The notes beneath the pieces are model-generated. The model did not search any database. It was not told where the DNA came from and saw nothing but the letters and a program-made list of their open reading frames with translations. A DNA stretch of 64,000 bases. It comes from Octopus bimaculoides (Eukaryota). Numbering within the stretch: position 1 is the first letter of the stretch; each line of letters begins with the position of its first letter. Positions 52,641 to 64,000 of the stretch are shown here, in pieces. The stretch is taken from contig NC_068994.1 of assembly GCF_001194135.2 (NCBI RefSeq), forward strand, positions 39,179,946-39,243,945. The letters run 5' to 3'. The translations under genes and the position numbers were made by a program.

Positions 52641-53352
52641 AGAGATGCATACAGACACATTCATACCCATATACACACACATGGGTTCGACCAAGAAAAC
52701 TGAAAGGGAAAAGATGGAATAGGCAAGTAAAGGAGGGAATCTATATCATAAATAATAGGCAGTATTTCTATTAACCATAATTTCTATTACAGTTCGCCGT
52801 CTTAAAGATCACATGCAGCTCGGCTACAGAACAAAGGGAAGGAACACTAACCAGCACGTGTAATTATCTCCCTTGTTCCATTAAAAAAAATCTTAATACA
52901 ATGCCAGATAGATTCAATTGTAACTGTAGCTATTTTCTCAACAAGATTTTGCTCTCACCTTAGAAACCATTATAATGATTTCCTCTGTATTACAGACATA
53001 TGTAATTTTTAATTCATCATTCCTGAATTCATGGGAGGCTACACTGAAATTAGGACAGCAACAGTTGATATGGATATGCAAAGCATTTACTGACTCCTAT
53101 GATTTCATCTAGTTGCATTCAACGAAATTCTATTCATTAAGCAATGAGTCTGAGCTCTTTTCTTCTCCCTTTTTCTCTCTCTTTTTTCTTTCTTCGTTTT
53201 TCTTTTTTTTTTCTTTTTCTTTTTACTTCACATATCCATTGAACTTCCCGTGGGTGAAACTTTTTTTTTTACAGAATATTTAAGAAACCATGACCTTGTT
53301 ATCCAAAATATTCATTCTACTAGTATTTACTATTATTATTATTATTATTATC

Positions 53353-53560
53353 AAGGTGGCGAGCTGCCAGAGTTGTTAGCACACAGAACGAAATGCTTAG
53401 TGGTATTTCGCCTGTCGCTACATTCTGCCGAGGTTGACTTTGCCTTTCATCCTTTCGGAGTTGATAAATTAGGTACCAGTAAAATTTTGGGGTTGATGTA
53501 ACCAACTAGTCCCCTCCCACAAAACTTTGGGCCCTGTGCCTATAATAGAAAGGATTATTA
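53353..53560 (+). mobile_element. tRNA-derived SINE family C with an (ATT)n tail
   Basis: aaggtggcgagctgccagag..ccgaggttgactttgcctttcatcctttcgg..taggtaccag..gtgcct..agaaaggattatt. Confidence 0.85.
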
Positions 53561-53599
53561 TTATTATTTACTATTATTATTATTATTATTATTGTTATT

Positions 53600-53815
53600 A
53601 AGGCAGTGTGCTGACTGAATCATTAGTATGCCAGGCGAAATGCTTAGCGGTATTTCGTCTGCCAATACATTCTGAGTTCAAATTCCACTGAGGTCAATTT
53701 TGCCTTTCATCTTTTTGGGGTCGATAAATTAAGTACCAGTGAAACATTGGGGTCGATATAATCGACTTAATCCCCCCACTCCCCAGCTGTCCTTGTGGCA
53801 AACATTTGAAATCAT
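53600..53815 (+). mobile_element. SINE family C, second copy in tandem after an (ATT)n tract
   Basis: Same structure as 53353-53560. Confidence 0.85.
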
Positions 53816-54020
53816 TACTATTTTTATTATCATTATTATTATTATTATTGTTATTATTATTGTCATCATTATCATTATTATTTCTTTTAGAATATATTCT
53901 AATCACTCGAAATAAAGGAACATTAAATTTGATAATCCTTTTTTTAATTTTATTTATATTTCAAATTGTAGACATCTTACCTTATCTATTTAAATTTCTT
54001 TCTCTAATTTCCTTTTCTCA

Positions 54021-54077
<57 letters not shown>

Positions 54078-55084
54078 CTCGCTTTTCCTAGCCTCTCAGA
54101 TTTTAGGTATTGTTCACTTGCTGAAAACTTTCATAGACAATGCTAGAAATGAACTATTAGTACACTATAAGCATCTCTAACAACAAAAATGTCATGATTA
54201 ACATTAGAGTTGAGTAACCAAATAGAGATTGCTGATGTGATTAGGTATACTATCTTTTTCCCTGCTAATGAATTATCAAGCTATGGTGGCATTGTTAAGA
54301 AGTTTATCATCCGTCCTTTTACCTGTTGGAGTGTGGCCATGCTAGAGCACATATGGGAAAACCTTTTCATGTGTTTGGGTTGCAGACTCATGGCCTCAGA
54401 GAAATTAAGCAAGGTGGAACAGAACTACTTTCAGACCTTGTTACAGTGCATATGTGTGTGGTAGGAAGAGGGCTCTTTAAATACAAGGGCATTGAGCTTT
54501 TATTTTTTTTTTTTTTAAGGCAGGTTCCTTTAGATAGTCACAGGCTCCTCCAAGGCTCTTAGGGCCCTGAACTGGTGATGTGCCACATGAAACCTGCCCC
54601 TCATAGCTCCTAGGTAGAACTAATTAACTGCTTACTTTCACACCATCACCTGAACCTTTGGTGTCTTTAAAGGAAGTCACCTGTTTCAAGCATTTGAATC
54701 AAGTTTTCAATCCAAGTTTAATTTCTTTCCTGACTTTTACCAATCTTGGATTCTCTGAAAAATGGTCTTGGGCATTGCCCTTTCTCCTTTAACTCTTTTC
54801 TTGTCCAAAACATTCTCATGATTATAATTGTCCAAAATGTCAATGTGTTGCTTTCAATCTTTGAGTTTGCCCTCATTTCTTATGCTCTGCATAATATAAA
54901 AGCTTTCCCAAATTACTCTGATGGTTGTGAAAAATTGAATATGTGCTTCATATATGATGCATGGTTGCCAGGAATATATGTTAAGATATGTCCTATGAAT
55001 CACATGTGATACACAAGATGAGAAAATGTTTAAGTAAGCTATCAAAAAGAAAACATTAAAATCTGACAGCAGTGACACTGATTT

Positions 55085-55300
55085 AGCTGGGAATCTTTAC
55101 TTGACCTTTTAGAAATAGCAACCAAATCTCTCTTAAATCATAACCTACCATTTGAAAAAGAAAGTACAAATTGGAAAATATAGTCCAGAGAACATTATAC
55201 TTTGAGAAACAAATAGGATTATCACAAAAATGTATGACTTTGATCATGTATCTACCTGATCAGGGTATGCCAGGGGTTAAGCAACAACAACAACAACAAT
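55085..55300 (+). repeat. Unclassified interspersed repeat E with an (AAC)n tail; also at about 8545-8960 (split by SINE C), 10470-10690, 11970-12150 and 26690-26915
   Basis: Shared blocks: agaaatagcaaccaaatctc, acattggataat, ggatggtcatg..ggaatgcctttgat. Confidence 0.6.
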
Positions 55301-55557
55301 AATAATAACAATGATAATGCTATGCCAACCCATTCTGAGAATTCCAGTTTCTCAACAAATAATTTTTGATTGTCCATAAACATCTGTTTGAGAGAGCCTC
55401 CATAGAATTATTTGACTTGTTTGAAGTAGCATCGAAATCTCCCTCAGATTGATAGTGGTGGTGGTGGTGGCGGCGGCGGCGGTGGCAGTGGTGGTGGTTT
55501 TAGTGGTGGTGGTGGTGGTGGTGAACTTGGATCAGTTGAGTCTGAATGTCATGCTAT

Positions 55558-56776
55558 TCTTTTGCAGCATCAGTATGATATGCATTTACTTTGATGTAAC
55601 AATTAATTTCGATTATCCTTAATAATACTGCATCATGGAATTTCCAGTGGTTGGCGTTAGGAAGGGCATCCAGCTGTAGAAACTCTGCCAAATCAGACTG
55701 GAGCCTGGTGTTGCCATCCGGTTTCACCAGTCCTCAGTCAAATCGTCCAACCCATGCTAGCATGGAAAGCGGACGTTAAACGATGATGATGATGATGATG
55801 ATGATGATGGTGTCACAATGTCACACTTGAACACATTGACTTGTGTCATTGTTGTGTTAACCTATTCAATTAATTATCATATTAATTAATTCCTTTTAAT
55901 TTCAGGGAAACTGTCTCGGTATGACTGTATCCATTGACAGTGTCACAGTGTAACAGTGTTTTTAGTGTGACTCAGTTTTGGTGTCATAGTGTGACTGTGT
56001 TCCTATGTAACTGTACTGGAACATGAATGCATAACAGTGTGATAATGTGACTGTATCTCAGTGTGACTTTTACTGTCACAATGATACTGTGCACCAGTGT
56101 GACTGTATCACATTGTAACATCTTGTCAGTGTGTCAATGTTTCCACATCACAATGATTGACTGAATTCAATATGTGAAGCACTATACAAATTTTAATCTA
56201 AAATAGCTTTAAAAACTTACTTTAAATTAAAACTTGTATAAGGCTTCAAACATTGAATTCGGTCCACTGTTGTGATGTGGAAATGTTGCCATACTATGTG
56301 ACTGCTACATTATGACACACTTCCATCATGACAATCACACTGGGATACAATCACAATGTCACACTGTAATGTATTCATCCTAGAACACAGTCACTCTGTG
56401 ATAACCAAAACATAGTCACACCAAAACACTCACATCGGGACACTGTCATTGGACACAATTTCACTGACACACAATTTCCTTAGGATTAAAATAGATTAAT
56501 TGAATGAGTTAATATAGACAGTCACACTTTGACAGTGTCACGGTGTCCCAGTGTTATACTGTGACAGTCTCCCTAGCATTTGAACAGATTAATTGAATAA
56601 GTTAATATAGATCGTCACATACTTTGACAATGTCACAGTGTCACAGTCTCCCAGTGTTACACTGCAATACCATAACACTGCTAAATGCATTATGCATTGT
56701 TATTAAGTATTATTAAAAATAATCTAAATTATCTGTTTAATCAGGTAAACATATATTATGCTAATGCTGCAAAAGA
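55558..56776. mobile_element. Foldback-like element: long imperfect inverted repeat with modular TGTCACAGTG-type subrepeats and almost no loop
   Basis: Arms align as reverse complements from tcttttgcagcat (55558) / atgctgcaaaaga (56776) inward to tatacaaattttaat (56183) / attaaaacttgtata (56240). Centre about 56211. Confidence 0.8.
55636..55810 (+). mobile_element. Family B element 3' portion inserted into the left arm of the foldback element
   Basis: Young copy with a (GAT)n tail; the palindrome arm resumes on both sides. Confidence 0.85.
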
Positions 56777-57046
56777 CACTGTAATTATCATTTTAATCCA
56801 ACCACTTGTTGCTAATGCAGTATGAAAAACGTGAGTCTAGCTCAAAGGATAATGTTACTTCCGAATATTTTGGCAATGATATATTTGTTGACTTTCTAAC
56901 ATGAAAATCTAGGAACAATATACAACATGTACAGGAAAAAATTTACTACTTGTAAAATTAAACCAAATGATTGATTAAATGAAAATATTGCATGTATAGC
57001 TTCTTGTACAATTGTGATATGCAATCACAAAATGCTTGGTAAAGAA

Positions 57047-57093
<47 letters not shown>

Positions 57094-57908
57094 AAGTACA
57101 TTAAAGGAGTAGTTAAATAACATCAGAAAGTGAGGAAGAGAGAGAAGGGAGAGGGGGGAAGGAGAGTGAGTACAAATTGTAAGGTTGGTTGATGATTTGG
57201 AAAGAGGAAGGGAAAAAGCTGTGCCCCTTGCTGTGTACCTATGGTCTCCTGAAATTATGGATTTTTTATTGGTTGAATCACAAATGAGGATGGAGTTTTA
57301 TATGAAGAAAATGTTACAAATCCATAAGTATGAAAGCAAAACTTTAAATTCTCATCATGAAACAATGAAAAATTATTGAATACAAAGTACTTACAAGTAA
57401 AATCTTACCACACGAATGGCAGAAAAGATCTTTAACTCTTTAGCAAACAGATTATTCTGTCGAAGGTAATGCTTACTTATTCTCATTGTTTTGAATTAAT
57501 CCTGCATTAAACAATGGATGGGGCTTCTGCAATTTCTTGCTGAATGACCTCAGATGCTCTGGATATGGTGCTCAAATTTTTATGTTCACATAAGATCTCA
57601 CCTTCCATTAAATCTACATTGTCTGTAAAGCTGCACAGGTGTCAAAGTAATTGCGGAGCATGATTACACCACCCTCATCACTGTGCCATGCACCTTTACC
57701 CAGGAGTCCTTTCAGTTTCCATCTACTGAATACACTCACAAGGCTACTATAGTAGAAGACACTTGCTCAAGGTGCCATGCAGTGGGATGAAACCTGGAGC
57801 CAGGTGGTTGGGAAGAAAACTTCTCAACCATGCACACACACACGCACACACACACATACACACACACATACACGCACACACACACATACACACACACACA
57901 CGCACACA

Positions 57909-57966
<58 letters not shown>

Positions 57967-58166
57967 CACTCACATACACACACAGAGATTTTTGTCTTGC
58001 AGGTTACTTAGTGACCCTGTCAGTTCAGGTGCCACTTATAAAGCATCCGCAAGTTTTGCAACATAAAGTTGACAAAATTTCAGTTTTTCCCTTCACTTTG
58101 AGCTTCCTTCATTTCTCCACCACACCAATGATGTGGTACAACATTTTCTTCATGATCTAAAACTCT

Positions 58167-58591
58167 CTCTTTTACTCTTTTACTTGTTTCAGTCATTTGA
58201 CTGCGGCCATGCTGGAGCACCGCCTTTAGTCGAGAATATCGACCCCAGGACTTATCCTTTAGATGCCTAGTACTTATTCTATCGGTCTCTTTTGCCGAAC
58301 CGCTAAGTTACGGGGACGTAAACACACCACCATCAGTTGTCAAGCGATGTTGAGGGGGAAAACACAGACACACAAGCACATATACACACATACATATATA
58401 TATATGTATATATATATATATACATATATACGACGAGCTTCTTTCAGTTTCCGTCTACCAAATCCACTCACAAGGCTTTGGTGGGCCCGAGGCTATAGTA
58501 GAAGACACTTGCCCAAGGTGCCACGTAGTGGGAATGAACCCGGAACCATGTGGTTGGAAAGCAAGCTACTTACCACACAGCCTCTTCTGCC
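58167..58591 (-). mobile_element. SINE family A, full length
   Basis: Reverse complement of the 5050-5459 structure. Confidence 0.88.
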
Positions 58592-58716
58592 TTCATTTTG
58601 TCACTGATCACATTGTAAAATTCTTTAGCTAGCAGCTTAAAGGCTTTTAGAAATTGCAAAGTAAACTAAAATATAATCTCCCTTTAAATTGTAGATCACA
58701 TGTCAAAGTAGCACTG

Positions 58717-61332
58717 AAATATTTGTATTAACAGCTTGACATAGAACAGCATTACTCAAATTTTTACAGATGAAAAGAAATATTTGGCTGGTCATTTGAG
58801 CACTTAGTTCTGAGTTGTGTAGCATTTGTAGTTCCTAAATACGTCTGATGTTCATTGGGTGATGAGAGAACTGTATTCTTATTGGCTTGTTTGGAATCAC
58901 ATGGTGGTTGCTACTATCTGATACTGAATGGTGAGCAACTGTAACATGATGAGTAGAAATCATTTCCCTTGTCAGTGATATAAATTATAGGAAATTTAGT
59001 ATAATAGAATTAGCAGCTAATGGCTTACTATCAAAATGTAAAGCATGATGATAGTTCAATTTCTCTGTTATGATAGTTCAATTTCTATGTTATGATAGTT
59101 CAATTTCTCTGTTATGATAGTTCAATTTCTCTGTTATGATAGTTCAATTTCTCTGTTATGATAGTTCAATTTCTCTGTTAATATATAGAACATGGTGCAG
59201 CAATATGAGGTGTTAAGTTTATAGAAAGATGTTAACATACATTTAATGGCTAAACAGTAGCCAGTGAAGAGTCTTGTTAGAGGACACAGTTGACTTTTGA
59301 AATATAAGAAGTTTGTTGTAGAGATACACATGACAGCAACATACTTAGGTAGAGTTATTAAAATGCTCCAGGTTATACTGTAGAAAGTAATTATATGGTC
59401 TCAGAGTCTCCAACAAAATGAAATGTGGAGGTGAAGTTTTCATTGTCCATATTTGTGAAAGAATTTTTATGTTGAATAAACCTTCACTTAGATTTGTTGC
59501 ATACAAAAAGTTTCATATAGTCTCTTGGAATATCATCTGGTTGGAAAGTAGCTAATCTATAGACCATTGTCTTAGAAAAACAAAATCCTCTCTATGAACA
59601 GATGATTTGGTCGGGAAGTTGTAAATGGGTGCCTGAAATGAAGTTTGCATTGGTATATGTTTTTTATTTTCTGTTATAGCATGAGATGCTGAAAGAGTTG
59701 TTGTCTAAATGAAATTAACTCACCTTGACATTATGTGTACTACAATGCTTGTGGAATTTATGTGTTCTTGCTGGTGAAAGTTCCAAATTATATTTATGAA
59801 GGTTGGATGGAAGATTGAAGAATAAGTAAGATTACTCTGACTTATTCTCTTTGGGATTGAGAATGAGGGGAACCTTCAGATACATCAAGTACTCACTAAA
59901 GCTACACCTCACTTTGCTTCATTTTAGTGGATTGCAGCAATGTTGAAGACATTTGTATATGAAGACAGATTAGATATATTTTTTGTAAAACAGGTTACTA
60001 AATCCCTAATTATAAATAAGTTAGGAAATTGGAATAATGAGTTTTCTATCGTGGTAGTATATGCCAGTCTTGAAGTCTAAAGTAATGTCCAAGAAGTTTG
60101 ACTGTGGTTATACTGTTTGTGATGGTCATAATTAAACCAAACTTTCTGATGATTGCTATTGACCTCTTTTTTTATTTTTAATCTATCCATAGCGTGACTA
60201 TTCATATTACTTGAAATTTTCAGGCTGTCATATCTGTACAACCCTAACCAGTGAGAAAATGAATATTTATCCTAGAGCATCTAAGATAAATATGCTAACA
60301 AAATCTGAGACCTCAACTTCATCATAACTGCCTATAAAAAGGCTCAATAGTTGGTTACTTTCTGTTTGGAACCATTAGGAGTCATTATGATATAAGAATG
60401 ACCTCCTAGCATTCGTGATTACTTTTGTATTGAAGCCACTAATACTAGTAAATTGGCTCCCAAAATCCAGGGCTTACAAGAAACACGAGTTTGGTACAGA
60501 AAGATGGAAATCTATGATATCAAATTGAATGAATCTGCAGGTTACTTTGTTCTTAATATTATGACACTATTTCTATTGAATTAATACACTAGACATTATG
60601 ATCCCAAATCTGACTCTACCTACTTTACTTTTTGAAGGGTTGGAAAGGAAAACATATTTGTGGAGATCGACTAGTGAAGCATTTCATAAGGTCTTTAATA
60701 GTGTGACTAGCTCCTTTTATTAAGTGCTTAAATTGTATTTTGCACTATTAGTTTTCTTGTATGTATTGATAATGTGCTCTGTTGCATTTTGCCATGCTTT
60801 CCTTTTATCATGTCTTTTCTTTTATCATTAAAAATGTAGCAGATTGTTTGAAAGGTACTATGTAATAGATAAAAAAATTATAAAAATGAATCAGAAAATT
60901 GTTGGAGCAGTGCAGAAATCTTACCTTTTTAAACAGGTTAATTAAGTCAGCTTTGAAATTCTTGAGGTCTTTTATCTAAAGTGGGGGAGCACTTTTATGA
61001 TTTGAAGTGAAATTTATCTGCAGAAAATACTGCAATCATGTTCATGCAGAAGTAAAGCCTCCCAGTGCAATTTCTTAATCACAACTTCTTCCTCTTCAAT
61101 AAGGTATGGCATGTGAAGCTTCCTTGATGGGATCTCAATGCTCTTCAGTGAATATAAAAGTTGTTAGCCCTCCAGCTTTAGCCATTTGTTCTCCATTGTT
61201 AGATAGCAATCAACAAGTTTTACTAATGAGAGTACAATGAAAGAAATGAGTACTCAAAAAACATTTGATGGTGTTTAAATATTTGTATTAACAACTTATC
61301 TCAGAATAACATTGCTTGAAATTTCCCAGATG
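58717..61332 (-). mobile_element. Decayed near-full-length Penelope-like element (RT + GIY-YIG) with ~55-bp direct terminal repeats
   Basis: Minus-strand remnants in the expected order: YSLKSIEIPSRK..VIKKLHWEA (~61150), NFKADLINLFKKVRF (~60950), IGSYDEVEVSDFVSI (~60330), GLYRYDSL (~60240), FLDITLDFKTG (~60090), GFCFSKTMVY (~59590), RFIQHKNSF (~59480), ITWSIL (~59390). Direct repeat aaatatttgtattaaca..cagatg at 58717-58770 and 61277-61332. Confidence 0.85.
59048..59179. repeat. Tandem repeat, 6 x 22 bp (ATGATAGTTCAATTTCTCTGTT)
   Basis: Six adjacent units, with one substitution in unit 2. Confidence 0.97.
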
Positions 61333-61924
61333 CTAAAAAAATTATAAAAATAATTCAATTTTAAAAGCAGTTAGTAGAGGTTGGTCACTAACATGACACC
61401 ACTTCTGTCATGTGATCCAAACCAGCCAATGACGATTAGCCTTTATAAAACTTCAAGTAATACAATTTTGAGTTAAATTGTTGATAAAAACATTTAATAA
61501 CTATGATTATATAGACACTTAAATCTTAGTGAGACTCAATTGCAATTAGTTGGTTAGGATAACGTGATGGTAATCAGTCACTCATTGGCAGCTGAATTCC
61601 ACTAATGGCTAATGATTTAGAGGTAATTTTTGTACAATGGGCAAGAGCAGTTGCCCTAAAAACAGCAGCCCTATTTGATAAGCTGTGTTGCTTCATCATT
61701 CATAACTAAGTATCCAGAAAATCAACAATTCTTTTTTATTTGTGAAACCTCAAACAATTCAAAGCTATTGATACAAACATTTGAACTCCGTGAAAAATAT
61801 TGAGCACTCTTTTCTTTCATTTGGGTACTTACCCATATGTATGTTTGTCTGTCTGTCTGTCTGTCTGTATGTATTTATGTATGTATGAATGTATGTATGT
61901 CTCTTCTGTTTTTTAATTATTATA

Positions 61925-62466
61925 AATCTTCCATTGAGGAGGGAGCTGGTTTCCAACAAAGATACAAGGCTCCATCTTTGGGATGTAGTTAACACAGACA
62001 AATTCACATTTGTAACTTGAGAAAAGTCTTGCATATTTTTACTGTTCCACTCACAGATTACACTTGTAATGTATGAATTAGCCAGTCAATTTCTCTTTCT
62101 GAAAATCCTAGTTTATCCAGCTTCTCCTTTAAGCATTTACTAACAAAACCTAGTGCTCCAATTATTATTGGTATGGATATGAAGTCATAATCTGGATATA
62201 GAAGCTGGAGGTTTCAAAGCAGTTGTCCATAGATATCCTCTTTTCCTTTGATTTTCAAAGAGGTATTTATATCTGCAGGGCAGCTGACTTCTATGATGGT
62301 ATATACTTTTGCCCCTCTGTCCCAAACAACAATATCTGGCCTGTTATGTTTTCATTTGACAGAAGTTTTGATGGGAATATTCCACCAGTATTCCTTGAGT
62401 TGGTGTTTATGAACATATTCCATAACAGAGGGATTTTCTACGTTTATTTCAGGGCAGCCTTTTTTA
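61925..62466 (-). mobile_element. 5'-truncated RLE non-LTR retrotransposon 3' end (R4/Dong-like), copy 1
   Basis: Minus translation EYWWNIPIKT..HNRPDIVVWDRGAKVYTIIEVSCPADIN..EDIYGQL..LYPDY..PIIIGALG, a PD-(D/E)xK restriction-like endonuclease with stops. Confidence 0.88.
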
Positions 62467-63017
62467 AGGTGTGTATATGTGTGTGTATATTTATGTGTAT
62501 GTATGTATGTATGTCATTATTCAGTTTTCTTTCAAGATTTCTTGCCAATAGAGAAAGAGTTGGTTTCTGACCTAAATCCAAGGCTCCTTTATTGGAATTT
62601 TTACAACATCAACAGGATATTATTCCATATACGTGTGTATGTGTGCAATATTTGCAGTCAGTGCATGAACAAATTTTTATGTTTTGTTTTATGTATGTAT
62701 TCTCATGCATATAGTTGCATGTCTAGACATGCAACTATATACTTAAAGGGCATCCAGTGATAAATGTATGTATGCATATGTGTGTGGTGTGTGGGTATGT
62801 GTCTGTATATGTGTGTGCAGATAACCTTGACCAGAAATCATGTGATAGTTGTAGATGAGCACCAGTAGCATACAAGAGCTTGTTCATGTACTGTCTTCTG
62901 CAGAAAATCTGCTTAAGCAAATTCCATTTGACTCATGGAAGTGTAGAAAAGGGGATGTGAAATGATGATGGTGATGGTGGTGGAGATAATAATGATGATG
63001 ATGACGATGTGTGTGTA

Positions 63018-63060
<43 letters not shown>

Positions 63061-63064
63061 TGTG

Positions 63065-63640
63065 TTCCTTCCGGTTTTAATTATTTGAAATCGGCCTCTG
63101 AAGATATCTAACAAAGATAGAAAGCTCTGTCATTGGCCTGTAGATAACAAAAACAAATTTACATTTTAGATTTGAAAATGTCTTGCATATTTTTACTGTT
63201 CCAGTTACAGATTGATTTTGTAATGTGCAAATTACCTGGGTAATTTCTTTTTCTGAAAACCCAGTCTTATCCGGATTGTCAATCAGGTATTAAGTCTCAA
63301 ACCCAAGCACACCAATTATTATTGGTATAAATGTGAATTTCTAATCTGGATAAAGAAGCTGGAGTTTTTGATGCACTTGTCTGTAGTTATCCTCTTTTAG
63401 TTTTGATTTTCAAAGAGATATTCGCATCAGTAAGACAGCTGACCTCTTTTATGCTGCATATTTTTTCATGAATGTCCCAAACAACAATATCTGGCCTGTT
63501 ATGTTAACACTTGACAGATGTTTTGATGAGAATATTTCACAATATTCTTTGTGCTGATGTTTGTGTACATATTCAATAACAGGTAGATTGTCTATATTTA
63601 TTCTAGGACAGGGTTTTTGAATGTTTAGTTGTAAAGTACA
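63065..63640 (-). mobile_element. 5'-truncated RLE non-LTR retrotransposon 3' end, copy 2 of the same family (may extend to ~63950)
   Basis: HNRPDIVVWDIHEKICSIKEVSC..LYPD..PIIIGVLG..SVTGTVKICKTF. The 3' UTR is similar to copy 1. Confidence 0.85.
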
Positions 63641-64000
63641 GGTAAAATGAGAAGAGTACTTATATCTTCTGAAATGGTGCTGTAGTACTGCTTATAACAG
63701 TGGTGTTATTAGTTTCAGCCATAATCTTTCTAACAGAAATCCACTTGGTATAAAGTCTAATTTTTTTTTAAATCTGGTTTGTGTAACATTATATTGGCAA
63801 GTAACAGGTGTTTCCCTTATTCATAATTGAAGAAATAATTCAGTTACGGATTTAGGCTTAAGAGTTAGCATAATTCTAGAAGAAAATATTCAAAGAGGAA
63901 TTTTAAATGGTCATCTATGCCTGCACGTCTGATGCTGATGGTGCCAAGTTGTATACGTGTCTGTCTGCATGTATGTATATATATATATATATATATATAT

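Overview
AT-rich, microsatellite- and SINE-dense eukaryotic DNA from a gapped short-read assembly (7 N-runs, several with duplicated flanks). The repeat families and the protocadherin type point to a coleoid cephalopod, most likely Octopus (inference). The only confidently coding host sequence is a minus-strand protocadherin. One large exon (48974..46546) encodes most of the signal peptide, six cadherin (EC) repeats, a TM helix and a proximal tail. It has a splice acceptor at its 5' end and a phase-0 donor at its 3' end. It has no usable ATG, and a predicted 64-nt upstream micro-exon (50040..49977) supplies the start codon in frame. Downstream cytoplasmic exons could not be identified with confidence. 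The rest is mostly mobile DNA: several tRNA-derived SINE families, RTE 3' ends, CR1 fragments, three R4/Dong-like RLE LINE 3' ends, a near-full-length decayed Penelope-like element, a second PLE fragment, a Tc1 5' end, piggyBac- and hAT-like MITEs, and a ~1.2-kb nearly loopless foldback palindrome. Other points of note are a probable ~1.2-kb inversion allele caught at a gap and a CpG-retaining island with a plus-strand (antisense) splice donor downstream of the protocadherin exon. All alignments and identities were judged by eye, and no database searches were run.
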